A DNA stretch of 64,000 nucleotides. It comes from Trichoplax adhaerens. Taxonomy: Eukaryota; Animalia; Placozoa. Made by a program: the position numbers and the translations under genes. This document shows, piece by piece, positions 13,507 to 27,003 of the stretch (the stretch's first letter is position 1; every line of letters starts with the position of its first letter). Under the pieces are notes generated by a model. That model saw nothing but the letters and a program-made list of their open reading frames with translations. It did no database searches and was not told the origin of the DNA. The stretch lies in assembly GCF_000150275.1 (NCBI RefSeq), contig NW_002060949.1:3850449-3914448 (forward strand). Reading direction: 5' to 3'.

Positions 13507-16070
13507 ATGCACCGGATGAATCAGAATCGGAAAAGCAGACAACAAAAACGACATCTACAATTACAATTCCTTTTACAGTATACCATTTTCGTAATTAGTT
13601 TATTACACTGTCTGTTATGCCTAGTCGGAGCATTACAGCTACAATTTGGAAAAGGGAAAAATGTCACGTTTTTCATCTCAGTTCCATTGGTAAGTAGAAC
13701 TGTTTCAATTTAATTCAAGTCTACGAGAATACTTATGCATAATCGATATATTTGTTTTTTAAAATTACTTTTGGGCTTAAAGTGCATTATAGTATGGCCG
13801 TTAATTTAAAGATATAACTATTGTAAGAGATAAAACCTTTCAGCTTAGAATCTTTCTGTAATTTTTGATGTACGTAGAGTACAAGTTATAATCAGTGGGA
13901 GACAAGTTAGTAATGCTAAAGTATGGTATGTCTGCGAGTATGCCAAGATTTGCGCATAGTTATCTATCTAGAAACCACACCCACTAACTGCAAATATGTA
14001 TAACTCTAATTGCAATCTCAATTTACCGGTAACAAATCACTAAATAAGCATTTTATAATCACAGTTGTTCAGAAGATTTCATCTGTGATAAACATTTGTT
14101 TTATCAGGCCTGAACTCTAATCGTTCATTCGTCACAATCGTGACTTAGGTCTAGATGGTACCTTTTTTATCATCTAAGATAGAATGCTTCCTATGGGATT
14201 CTTTAACATAGTATCACATAAATAAGTAAATTTAGAATAGTAGGTTGTGCTGAATTAGTCTTAATCTGTGACACGAAAGAAAACCCAATATGAGGCTATC
14301 TATTTTTTGCTCATTATGTGCCTCGATCTTAACATTCTGTGGTGATATTTCAGTTCATTCTTAAATCCTTCATGATGCTGTATTTTGAACATATACACTG
14401 AATATTGATAGCATCCCCCAGTTACTAAATGAGTGCCTAAATAGAAATTTACAGATTAAGTAACGATATAACGTAATTTAAATATTTAATTACTAGAAAT
14501 AAGGTTATCATACAGTTATGGCTCTGCTTTTGCATTTTATTTAACCATACTTTTGTAATTAAGCAAAATATTTGCTTACTATTACTTAGTCAGTAAACAA
14601 AATCCGCACTAAGGCATATTATAAACTAATTTTCCTATCCGCGTTGCTAAAGCTCTAGCTTTGAAAATCTGTCTTGAAACATAATTTTATATCCGATTCC
14701 TGCTTATAAATAGCGTATTAAGTTGAAATATTCTTATAAGATCCAAGACTCACTTTATTATAAAATTCTTGTAAGAGAGAGACATAATAAGTAATAAATA
14801 ATAAAGGCTTAGGATATCTTACACGGGAAAAATGCTCTACATATTTTAAAATATCTTAGGAGATACATACTTATGTGCACTCACTAACGGATTCAGACGT
14901 TAGTTCTCATGGAATTTTTCTTTATCTAACAGTAGCTTGACTGCGTTCGTTTAAAGTCATATTACAAAAATTGTTGTCATGAATTTAGCACTGTAACTTG
15001 ATAATTTATAGTCTAATTTATTTTATTTCTAATAATGCTATTAATTTGTATTTTAGATTAATTTAATAAATATTATTGCCTTTGGTGGCTTAATTTTAAA
15101 TCGTTATTTTAATTATGGAGATAAAAACAGCGGAAGACTTTGTAAGGTAAATCAGTTCTATCATTTCTATTACCATCAATTTACTACATAAAATGAATGA
15201 AAGAGAAATAAACTGGAATTGAACTTAATTTCACCTGAAATCCTTATTATGTTATCGTGATAATTTATATCTAACGTTTCGTTGACTTTCTTTGTAGTCC
15301 TATCTTGTACGAGGACTGAGGTTTTTATCGATTGGAGGGACGGCTGCAATTACTACAATGAGTCTTATTACTGTCGCAGATAATAAAGCTAACACCCTCA
15401 TCTTTGCTGGTACTAGTAATGCATGTATGTTGATAGCAGTGTTACTACTCAGCATTGCAGATGCCTTTCTGGCGATCAGATATAATAAGGTTTGTGCAGT
15501 CTGTGATTTTAATTACCTAAGTTAATCTATCTTTAGTTGCAACCTAAAATTTGAATATATAGACTATTCTATATTGCTCTGTATTAAACGTATTGGTATA
15601 TTATAAAAAAATGAGTACAATGAAATGTTAAAATTATCGTTTAAAATGATAAATGATTTCAATTAGATTCGACACACTTTTACTAATGGTAAATACTACT
15701 AAAGAATTATAATACAGCCATTGCCGAACCTTATCTTCTTCAAAATTAATATTATATTTTCACCATTTTATAAAGAAATATTATTTATTATAATATAATT
15801 GATAATTTCTATACTAGTTAAAGGCTGTAGAAGTGAATTATTGAGATCGATTCATTTTAAATAACTTTGTATCTGTAGATAGATATTCTAAAGGTATGAA
15901 TTTTAACAATATCCATTTTTGCTATTTAGCTTTATCATGCTAGGAGTACGAAAAGAATTAAAGCGTTGCCACGTATTAGAGTAGGCGATCCTGACAAACT
16001 CGAAAATCGCTTGATAAGTCTAAACGTGTACAAGATGCCGAACGAAGTACTGAAAGTGTCGACTACATAG
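13507..16070 (+). CDS. Tetraspan family member 3 (no PY motif), about 201 aa
   Basis: Exons 13507-13689, 15057-15146, 15298-15489 and 15930-16070; GT-AG, phase 0, same exon-size pattern as the paralogs, four hydrophobic segments. Probable 5'UTR intron at 13374-13504. The last-exon acceptor is less certain. Confidence 0.75.
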
Positions 16071-19042
16071 ATTATACAATATCTATCGTTAATAATCTTT
16101 TCTATCTCACATGCAATAAGAATAATTGTACATACTGCGTTGTAAACTTATTATAATAAAAGGTATATAATGCAGTGCAATAGTATTTATCTTCACAATA
16201 TATTAGTTTTAAAGAGATTCGTATTTCAATATCTCATGTTGGTGAGCGTATTGACCATTATGAAAGGAATGTATTTGCAGTCAAACATACTGTAGTATTT
16301 TTATATTTGAGTCACTAATAGAACTTTAAAATATAGAATTTTAGCTACTGAAACTTCACTGAAGTTGTTATTGTTTATCCATGCCAATTATGATTTAATC
16401 TTATTTAATTTGTTGGTTATAGGCTGCTTGAACATTAGTTGTCTAATATTCTTGAGTACAATTTAAATTAATTCGATGACATTTATATTTAAAGGTAAAA
16501 CATCTTTGTATAAATATACTAGAATTAAAAGTATTAATATCGCTGCAAGTTTACAGGATAAGATAAACCAAATAATTTTATGAAGCATTTGGCATAGAAT
16601 TTTGTCTAAGTTGTTGCATTGTTGACATTTCAATCGATGGTATATATAAAGATATACTAAAAGCTTGCATTTTAATTTAGCCTAACCTGTAATTGTTACC
16701 GGTACCCAGCTGAGTTAAATTTCTACTTTATCTGCCTATTGAACTCTTGCAGCATTATTTGCTATCGGTTAGTCAGTGTTAGACCGAATGCATTGGCGAC
16801 TTAACTAAACCTTGTAGTCAAAATACCAATATCAACGAGGAGTTTTAAAAACGATAGCTAATACTGTACAAGATACCGTCGAACTGCAAATGTAAAATTC
16901 AAATACCGATTTTGCTAGTGTAAAGCTAGTTGAAAATAAATCAGTATGGAATTATTCATAGAATACAGTAGCTGTAGGATCAAATTCGTTAGCAATCTAT
17001 TTTTATGCTTTGATTTGAGTGTCAATACAACACACTAACTGCTGATTTCATCACATTTAGGCAGTATAATGATAGGTTGACGAATATGATGATCCAGAAC
17101 TTATAGTTATAGTTTTAGTCAACTGCAGAGTTATGCTGAGGCTTCCTTTGTGCATTCCAATCATAGGGTAAAAAAGGCGATATATTCTTTACTTAATGCA
17201 TAATGCTGTAGTTTTTCTTAATTCAAGATCTTGTTTGAAATGTTAGCAATTCCATTGGCTATCAAGAGGTAGTAAAATAATATAGAAATCATTATAACTC
17301 TGATGGTCTAAACAATACTTGAATATATACGGGATTACGTATCGAGTCGTTAATTCTGATCGATTTTAAATTGTTAAAGAATTTATGTTTTATTTGTTTT
17401 AAACTAAAGTTAGTTAGCAACGGATTTAAACCATGCATGAATATCGCGAATATCAAATATGTTTGTTAATTTAGTGAATGGTGCTAGGTACGAATTTAAT
17501 CAATTCTACAGTATAGTATAGTACTGCTGTTCCCAGGTATGGATTCATGCTCATCAGGCTTATAACCGTCTTAAATTCTTCATTCACAAAGATAGAAACT
17601 AGTTAATATAAATGAGAATACTGTATTAGAACTCGATTAAGAACAGTAATCATATCCTGGTTTCAATCAAAAAAGAGGAATTTACTTACAGAAATATAAA
17701 AATAAAGAATTTTAAATTTAGTCAGTAAAAAATAATTGATAGACCAATAGGATCCCGAACAATATTTAGACTAGGTTTAGAATAATAAACGCACTTTTCT
17801 TTTTATATTTGTCAATAATTCTGTTTTTGTAAGTCTTATGGGAGAACTCGATGTAGAATACTATATATTATCATGACTTTAAGTTACAAATGCACGGTGC
17901 AAGGTTTTATGAAATTTAAAAGCCAGTCCCAAAGTACGATTTACTTTTCAAAAAGTATATTATCGTTTATTTATGAAAGAAAAAATCAAGTTATTCTATA
18001 ATATTCAAATTATAAATTAGCAAATTCTAAAATGTTAGGTAGTCCCAGGATATAGCGATACCGATATAACCTAATTTTAAAATGCAAATATTCTAGTGCT
18101 TAATCATCATTTATCAAATTTAGGTTGTATTCTAGAATACCAAATTAGCTACAATCACTACTTAGCCATATGACTGGTGTAGAATGATTAACCTTTGAGA
18201 AATCAAAGGTGTAACCTTTTTCTTCAAATTCAGTAGACTACTAGACTATCGTAATGTTTGATCTCCGGAATAAATTTCAATATCGTAGGTTAGTGTTACA
18301 TTATAATTTCTAGAAAATTTTCTCGTACAATAAATTCTGATGGAAACGATAATAAATAATTATACGTAGCAATATGTTTTAATTTCATGTATACTAAAGT
18401 GGCTGCTTCTACCACGGATTTCTAGATATACCGTACCATCTAATGCATCTAGTAGTCCATACTTCTAGTGTTCCACTTTGTGCATTTTCCAAGTTTTCCT
18501 CGGCGTCTAACATAATCTAACTATCGAAAGGTCACATATGGCGCTACATATTTGCATGGACGGGTATTGGTAGTAGACCATAGCAAACATATAAATACCA
18601 GATTTGATTCTGTTTAGTAAAACTATTAATCATGCAGTGCAAAGTTTAAAAGTATTGTTACTAACTAAAGACATAGAGTAGTAACTAAAATGTTGCAACT
18701 TCCAGTTTGTCTCACCAAATCGTGGAATAGTTGTCAGTGCAGCATTGATTATCATAACAATCTGAGCAAAGATAATATGGTTCATAGTCGGCGGGCTCCA
18801 TTGAAGATGATGTTAATTAGGTCCTTTCCTATGATATAAATAGAACAGAGTAATAGTGCACTCTATTTTAAAAATATTAGGTCATACTTGGATCTCTAGA
18901 ATAACTACAATTTAATTAAGCAGTTTTAGAACTTCTATTAAACTAAAAGCAATCTGCCATTACTATCATTTTTGGCATTAATTAGTAACAGAAAGTAGCA
19001 AAGGCTTTACATAGAATTATATACCATTTCTAAAACTTTATC

Positions 19043-22000
19043 ATGTCTTCATCGCAAAAATCGTCAACTTACCCTTCGATAAGAAAAGGTAATCGTCCGA
19101 AAAGGAGTACAGTATGGCAATATTTTACATACGATGCTAATACTAAAAGAAGTATATGCCAAGTGATGGTCAAGAATCGAGCTAGCCGGAAATCGGGGAC
19201 TACTAGTCCTTCTTCTCATATGTGCGAACATAAAATAAAAGGTTAGTCAAGTACATAGAGTCTATCTTACCATACAAACTACGGCTTCCGCAGAGAAAAC
19301 AATTCTTTACTAGTAAAGTAGGTAAGCATCAATGTAAATGTCAATTAGTAAGCTTAGAAGTATAGTAGTACAGTATAAAGGAATTGAAAGCAAGATCACA
19401 AAGTTATAACTATAACCAAATAACCTTATACTTATGATATATATATATATATTGCTGTCAATAACCACTTTTAAGATACGACCAAAATCTGGCTACATCT
19501 ATCGAAATATCACCTTTGCAACTATCTAGCAATCATCTTGAATATGTACTGCTGCAGACAGGATTAGAGTGTTCGCAAAGTGTATCCCCGTAGTTGGGAA
19601 AGTTAGGCTTTTAGCCTTATTAAGTAGTATCAACAAAATTGGAGCATGTTTCATCTATGACCTATGAATATTCTAGTAGGCAGCTTGAACTTTCAAGTTC
19701 TATTGTAGTAGTTGCAATAAATAAATTAAATAATTCGTTCTGGTCTGTGTGTCTTCATGATAAATAAGTTTGCAATGAGAGAAATGCACAGAGAAAGACC
19801 TTCAACAGTTTATGGATATCATTAGCTCAGTTTCATCTTCTATTAAACTTGATATTACGAATACTGCATACTGTAATACAAGGTTCAGGAAAGTTTTTTA
19901 TTGCTGAGGCTCATCATATTAATAGACAGCAGATTCATACACGAATAGAAATGCCGCGGAAAAAAATGAAAAATAAATAGTACAATTTTTAATTACATAT
20001 AGTTTAGGCAAAAAATGAAAGCATTACTTTTAATTGCTGTTGTCTATTGGATCCCACCGATTGCCGCCGAAAAAAACGAAAAAGAAATAGTACAATTTTT
20101 AATTACATATAGTTTAGGCAAAAAATGAAAGCATTACTTTTAATTGCTGTTGTCTATTGGATATTAAGAAATGATGCAGTGAAATTATCAAAGTCTTGAT
20201 TCGGTTCGGGTTGAAGTTTGCATCAACTTTAAATTTTTTTAGGTAAATTCCCTACCAATTTAAAACAGCATTTGAAGGCCTATCATGAAGCGGAATATGA
20301 TGATGTTGTATCGAGAGAAGGACACTTTGGTTCGAGCTCGGCGCCAATTATCTCTAAGCGTCCTAAAATCAAAGCAATTGCTAGTAAGAAAGAAGCCCAA
20401 AGACGAAAATCCGTATTGCCCTGTTTAAATAGTGTAGATCAAGACGCTCATCGACATCATGTTATTAACGAAAAGTTAGCAATTTTTATTGGTTGCTCCA
20501 ATTTTGGCACTAACGTTATAGGAGACGCTCTTTTCCGATCGCTATTGCAGACCATCGACAAAACATATCGCATTCCTAATGAGATTCAACTTATTGAGCA
20601 AATTGAGCAACTTATTACACAAATGAGACTGAACATAGCAAAGCAAATGTCAGCAGCGAAGAAAGTTCATTTTAGTATCAATACTCGGGTTAAAAGAGGA
20701 ATGGCATCGCATTACTTGATTATCATTGCTCATTTCTTTTCTTGGCTGGATCGCCGTTGTCATCAAGCTGTGCTTGCAGTTAAATCATTTCCGAATTCTT
20801 GCAGCGCAGCTTCCTTTAGAGATGTGATAGAGTCTGTTTTTGAAGATTGGGGTATAAATCAAGAGAAAATAGGAGTACTGCTGACGGATAGTAACCGTAG
20901 TATTAGCAAGGCCATTGGCGAGAATGGTAAAAATTCAAAGATGAGAGAAATGGCAGATTCCGCTGAAAGATATAGAGGTAAGGAGATGGATGACCTCCAA
21001 CTTCGTATCAACACATTAGGCCATGATGAAGATAATCGCACTGATGATTTAAGGTTGGATCTGATGGCCAATGGTCATGGGAAACATTTGAATTGTTTCG
21101 CTGATACTCTTCAGCTTGCCATTTTAAAATTTACCACTGATCAATTCGTTCAACAATTATTAGAACAAGTATACGATTTAGTGAAGAGAGTCAATCGGTC
21201 GTCCAAAGCCGCAGATCAGCTATTTTCTCCAATCAATAAAAAGCTAGCAGAGAATTGCCCAACAAGATGGATCTCGACTTATTACTTGATACAGCATCTT
21301 TTGGAAATTAAGACACCGTTTAACTTAGTTTTAGAGAATTTAGGATGGAATACGTTAACGCCTCACTGCTGGAAAATGTTGGAAAATATTCGAGCTCTAC
21401 TGCAGCCCTTTGTACAACATATAGCTACCCTAATCGATCGAAAAGATAATCCAACCATTTCATGTATTCTACCCATTATTATGGAACTGGATTTGCATTT
21501 AGAAGCCATGAAAGAGGTAGCGGAAATAGCCAATGTATCAAGTATCTTGCAGTTAGAGTTAAAGCATAAATTTTCAAAATGGATTGATTGCAATAATTAT
21601 AATTATGAACCTATCTTTGCCGTGTCGACGCTGCTCGATCCTCGCTATAAATTTGTCCTAAATCCCAATCAAATTCAAGTTGCTTCGCAACAAATCGTCA
21701 AATACATGAAAGTAAAAGATGATGGCAGTAGCAATTCCGATGAAATGATGGCCACTTCTCCAACGGATAAAGAGGTGGCCGATATCGAATTACCAAGCAA
21801 ACGATTTCATCACCTATCTAAAATACTACAAGAAAGACTGTCTGAAACTGCTAAGCGAGCATCATCAGCCCAATGTGAGGTAGACAAGTATACACAAGAT
21901 TGCCATTCCATGATAACCCTGGATGATCCATTTCATTTTTGGATTTCAAGTAAATATTCACAATTATCATCCATTGCTGTGGATATTTTATCTATTCCTG

Positions 22001-22134
22001 CCGCTTTGGCCAATATTGAGACATCTTTTATCGCAATGGTGGAATTAATGAATGAAACTCATCACAAGGAAGTCATTTTGGATCAGGAATGTCGCATTCT
22101 TCTACGAGAAAATCAACAGTATTTTGTCCATTGA
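19043..22134 (+). CDS. ZBED-like protein: BED zinc finger plus hAT transposase-derived domain, 696 aa, probably domesticated
   Basis: Exons 19043-19241 (G|gttagt) and 20243-22134 (tttttag|GT). Splicing rebuilds a BED finger, STVWQYF...CQV-...-CEHKIKGKFPTNLKQHLKAYH. hAT motifs present: LLTDS, CPTRWISTY, TLLDPRYK, FWISS...LSSIAVDILSIPA...IETSF. Confidence 0.9.
19953..20162. repeat. Two-copy tandem duplication (period about 110 bp) in the ZBED intron
   Basis: gccgc...tacaatttttaattacatatagtttaggcaaaaaatgaaagcattacttttaattgctgttgtctattggat occurs at about 19953 and 20063, nearly identical. Confidence 0.9.
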
Positions 22135-22592
22135 TATTTTTTTAGCTATTTTTCATTTCTACTGATAATAACGAAGTAGTCTCGTTTCTACCATAATTGT
22201 AGTTGCAAGATGACTTCAAGTTGTGGTAATCTTCTAGTGTCTGATATACTTTAAACTCTATTCCGTTCAAATAATTTCAATTCATGATAGCCTTCAGCAA
22301 CCATTTCTAGCCATAGCATTCTCACAGTACACCATAGCTCTGTCGTGAGAAAGTTGCTTAATTTAATATCACTTTTACTCTTTTAAATTCATTTTTGGGG
22401 GGAGCCAATATACTAACTTGTACTAAAATCGGCTTAACTTTATTATATGAAGTGGTTTAACCTGTGGATGCTCTACATAGAAGTAGAGCAGATCTATTCC
22501 ATTGATCGAAGCATGATTGATGATGTTGTTATGTACTAGTAGTAGCAATACATGATGGCAAGCGGAAAGTTTGCGCACCAGATTTAACAACA

Positions 22593-22895
22593 TTCTAATT
22601 ACGGTGTTGTATATGCTAGTGTGATGGCTAATTTGATCTTTATATTGATTTCAAAATTATGAAATAGAATTACAGCATCAATTACTCCTATGTCCATCAT
22701 GGATCTATCAGGGTTAGCCATGAATGTGCTACTAAGGATTAACTTCTAATTACGGTGTTGTATATGCTAGTGTGATGGCTCATTTGATTGTTATATTGAT
22801 TTCCAAATTATGAAATAGAATCACAGCATCAATTACTCCTATATCCATCATGGATCTATCAGGGTTAGCCATGAATGTGCTACTAAGGATTAACT
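22593..22895. repeat. Two-copy tandem duplication (period about 151 bp)
   Basis: ttctaattacggtgttgtatatgctagtgtgatggct...tactaaggattaact repeated with few substitutions. Confidence 0.9.
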
Positions 22896-23189
22896 TAATT
22901 CATCCTATTGCCAAGGGAGTTTGACGATAGGATTTTTTGTTGTAAGTACCGAAGGAATAAAAAAAAATCCTTTCTATTAATTAAAATAACTCATACAAGG
23001 ACATTTGTTATTTTCTTACTCCATGCAAGGATAACTATATACCGCCTAAGGCAAGCTTTGACATTGCGTGGAAGTAGTTGAATGTATGTGATCAGACTTG
23101 GAACGATTAAACTGTATCTAATCTTAATTTAAGGTCTATCAATTCTTCTGAAATTAATAGGTATTAATGAATTATCAGTTATTGCATGA

Positions 23190-23545
23190 TTGAGGGAGTA
23201 ATGGTTCTTTCGCAATGAAAGTCTTTTCCTACCTACAAAATCAACCTGTATTAATGATCAAATATGGAATAACTGAGGGAGTAATTATTCTTTCAAAATG
23301 AAAGAATAATTAAAGTCTAATGATCTAATATGGAATGACTGAGGGAGTAATTATTCTTTCGAAATGAAAGTCTTTTCCTACCTACAAAATCAACCTGAAA
23401 TAATGATCTAATATGGAATGGTTGAGGGAGTAATTATTCTTTCGAAATGAAAGTCTTTTCCTACCTACAAAATCAATCTGAAATAATGATCTAATATGGA
23501 ATGACTGAGGGAGTAATTATTCTTTCGAAATGAAAGTCTTTTTGG
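23190..23545. repeat. Minisatellite, unit about 83 bp, about 5 copies (one shortened)
   Basis: Unit gagggagtaattattctttcgaaatgaaagtcttttcctacctacaaaatcaacctgaaataatgatctaatatggaatg; degenerate partial echoes near 23690 and 23795. Confidence 0.9.
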
Positions 23546-24129
23546 GGGAATTTTCAGCTTTGTCCTTGATTTCGATAGTTCCAACAGTATTGTCGATAGA
23601 TTTTAGTGATTCTCAATTATCGAATGATGGAGGGTATAAAATTACCTTGTACTACGAGTACGTTGATAGTTATTATTAGTTATTGGGTGATTGAGGGCAA
23701 TCATTCTTTCGAGACTTTTTATTCTGCAAAGTGTTTCTATCGATCAAATCGCCCTGCATCCTCAGTTATAGGATGATTTAGGCTAATCCTTGTTTGGAAA
23801 TGAAAGCCTTTTCCCTCTTTGCTGCAAAGTGAAGAAGACGAATGCATTCGTTCTTTAGCAATTGACTAAGGCACTGTTTTATGACTATAGCGATCGTTTA
23901 CAGTAGAGCAAGCAAGAGGACACTTACCATTTCTCTTTACTAGCTTGTAATACAAAGTAATTTCATCTATCTTGGAAGGACAAAAATATAGCGAGAAGTA
24001 CAGTAGATGAGGAGTTTAATTGCAAATTTTAGATTTTCAGAGTACCTGGTGATTGCTCAAGTTCCAACACAAATCATCCTGCTAGGATGATAGGGGGAGG
24101 TCTGACAATGAGGATTCTACCTTACTCGT

Positions 24130-25170
24130 ATGCCAACTATTTGGCCATTTTGTAAATTGGATTCAATGAACCATGGAAATATCTTGCACGATTTAGGGAT
24201 AGGATAGCTAGACTATCATGCATGGCATGCCATCCTTCAGTTGAGCAATGAGCTATGACTGGATGTGGCTGGAGCAAGTATTGCAAATGGAGATATTTTA
24301 CTGTCAGTGATGACTTTCGTTTCAACGTAAAATTACTTCTTGCACATAAGTCAGTCCGATATTACAGTTCAGCATTTTCACTGTCTCTACTTTGGAAAAA
24401 TGCTAAGGTCAGATGCTAGATGTATTTGCAGCATCATCGCCATGATAGATTGGCCATTAAAAGCGCCTTTAAAACCTATAAGCAGGGGGTCCTGGTCCTC
24501 GTGCAAGTAGCTCGAATTCGAGATGAATTTATCGCTACAGCTTGCTAAATGAACGATGCCTATGGAGATTTTGGACGCTAAATTGAAGAAGTGATGATAG
24601 AACCTCTTCTCTTCTACAGTAGAACTGCTCTTGCCTTGTCAATAATGGCACAGGCCAGGGGTACAATTTGCAGATTGCTATTCAATCCATCTACGAGGAC
24701 AAGTTGGATATTCATCACACCTCTCGCATGCAATGGACCTCTTCTCTTCTACAGTAGAACTGCTCTTGCCTTGTCAATAATGGCACAGGCCAGGGATACA
24801 ATTTGCAGATTGCTATTCAATCCATCCACGAGGACAAGTTGGATATTCATCACACCTCTCGCATGCAATGGACCTCTTCTCTTCTACAGTAGAACTGCTC
24901 TTGCCTTGTCAATAATGGCACAGGCCAGGGATACAATTTGCAGATTGCTATTCAATCCATCCACGAGGACAAGTTGGGATATTTATCACACCAATTTGCA
25001 GATTGCCATTCAATCAATCCACGACGACAAGTTGAATATTTATCACACCTCGTGCACGCAATGGATTACTTGCCAACTTCTTTCTGATATCGACCATCAG
25101 AGCCGATTGGCCAAGTATCATTCAAACCGAGGTACCATCTTCGGTTCTTTTTATTGTAGACGGTAAATTA
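24130..25170 (-). mobile_element. Probable decayed Mutator/MULE transposase remnant
   Basis: Minus-strand translation, broken by stops and frameshifts, gives QLVLVDGLNSNLQIVPLACAIIDK (resembles the MULE segment after the first catalytic Asp, D-x-N-x-q-i-v-P-l-A-x-A) and further downstream HCSTEGWHAM (resembles TNNxxEGWH). Recognised by motif memory only; no TIRs found. Confidence 0.4.
24602..25050. repeat. 135-bp tandem repeat, about 3 copies plus a degenerate partial copy
   Basis: acctcttctcttctacagtagaactgctcttgcc... repeats at 135-bp spacing and explains the repetitive ORF 24591-25166. Confidence 0.92.
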
Positions 25171-27003
25171 TCATGATTAGAAGGACCCTTCCAATAAAAA
25201 GTATCCATACTTGAACTCTTGTAATGACTAAAGAGAACTACAACAGCTGCATCTTCAACTGGAGCTTGCAGTGCTGTAAATCAATACCGTCAAAAGGGTG
25301 CCAAAAAAGGGAGAGATACATTTTTTTAGTCACGCCATCCTATCCTCGAAATGATAGGAAGTGGCTATAGAGAATTCTCCACTACGATCATTTAACCGTA
25401 GTCCCATCATGATCTACAGTCATAGGAATTGGGTGTAGAGAATGCGCCATGACTATCTCCTAAAAAGTAATCCTAGAACAGGAATTGGCCGCACAGAATG
25501 TGCTCACTCTTAAATAGTTTTTCTCCATTCGTTGTTATGATAAGTTATTGTTAGTGACCGAAAGTAAAGGGGACTGCACAGCACGCTAATTAATTCATCG
25601 TATCGTCGACGAAGACCGACTACGGTTCTCAACATTGTGTCCAAGAAGAAGAGAGATCAGCAGGATTTCAAGGGCAGGATCTTTTTTTTATTTTCTTCTT
25701 TTTTTTGCAGTACAGTAGTCGCTGATACTTGAATCAGTAAACGAATATTGCACTGCTGATCGTCGTCAACTAATCGAGCCAAGCGGCGGATTGCTATTTT
25801 TCAAAGTCATTGGAGCTGATCAAGAAGAGCAGAGAGGGAACGAAGGTTGGAGTAAAAGCGTAGTCGCTCTTTGCACTGGATATTGATGCTGCTGTCCTAG
25901 CAATAATCTCTTTTGATTGCCAATCCAAGACATTGAGAGATTGATCGTCAAAAAAGCTAACGAAGAAAGAGGCAACAAGCCCAAGGATTGATTGGTAGCA
26001 TTGCAGACCATCTGAGCTAATTTGTACAACCAACTGCCCTGAGGAAAAAAGAGTTGAGACAAAGAAATGACAGCAATGTTTCTTTCTTCCGCGGTGATTG
26101 TAGGCCTCTGAAATAGATCTAGGACGTCTTCGATACTGACGGAAAGAAAGCGAACTTAGACAGCAAGAACAGTGTACAAGAAGAGAAAGCATTTTCTTTT
26201 TTTTCCTTTTGAGCGAGAGAGAGACACACAGTTACTAAACTGTTGTCGACTTATTAAGCAATTGGACAACATTTTCTATCGTGGTCTAGTGGAATAGAGA
26301 CAGACAGTGAAGAACATCGGCGGCCATTTCAGGAAGGGAAAGTACACTGTAATATTCATCATTCTGGGATATCAATACAGGTAATGTTGCTTGTGATCAA
26401 ACAATCTTTCTTATTGATCCAAATTAATTCTGAACGGGTAATTAAAACACAGTTAATCTATCTATAAAGCAATGTAATAGAAGTGCCTATTAAATACTCT
26501 AGAATACGATCTCTCTCTTTTTAACGTAAATTCTACTTGTTATCCCTGTCAAGTTACTCAACTATCTCGTTCACTGGTGAAGACTATTTCAAGTAGTAAC
26601 TTTTGGGATATCAAGTATCAAGTTGTTGTAGGTAAAAGCAATTAATCGAAACTCTGCACTTACTCGGACCCATGGACTTGGAGTAGTCCATATCGGACCA
26701 TTTCTACTCCACGTGTCCAACTATCTGCAGTAAAATAACTCTGCCATAGTAAAGCTTCAGTTATTTTAAGTGGTTCTTTCCTTCCTATTTGAACTGCTAA
26801 TTTATAAGTTAGCTCATACAAACATTGATATCAGCCAACATAGCGAGTAGAGTAAATCAGTAAATTATCCATTTGCCAACAGGACAGTCATTTATAACTC
26901 GCAAATAGACAGATCATTTACTGCTCCCAATCACCAGTCCAATTAATTAATTATAATTGTGATTTATTTCGTTACTTAACAGCTAAAAATACAACCATTG
27001 ACT

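Noticed and set aside
19043-22134. Active autonomous hAT transposon
   Set aside because: First catalytic Asp and the CxxH His are substituted; no TIRs or TSDs seen.
23190-23545. CRISPR-like regularly spaced repeats
   Set aside because: The intervening sequences are themselves repeated, there are no cas genes, and the context is eukaryotic.
24591-25166. 191-aa ORF with three 45-aa repeats as a real protein
   Set aside because: Explained by a 135-bp DNA repeat; GTG start; the opposite strand carries transposase-like motifs.
25794-26192. Minus-strand ORFs of 132 and 80 aa
   Set aside because: No homology cues; low-complexity purine-rich region, more likely UTR or repeat-derived.
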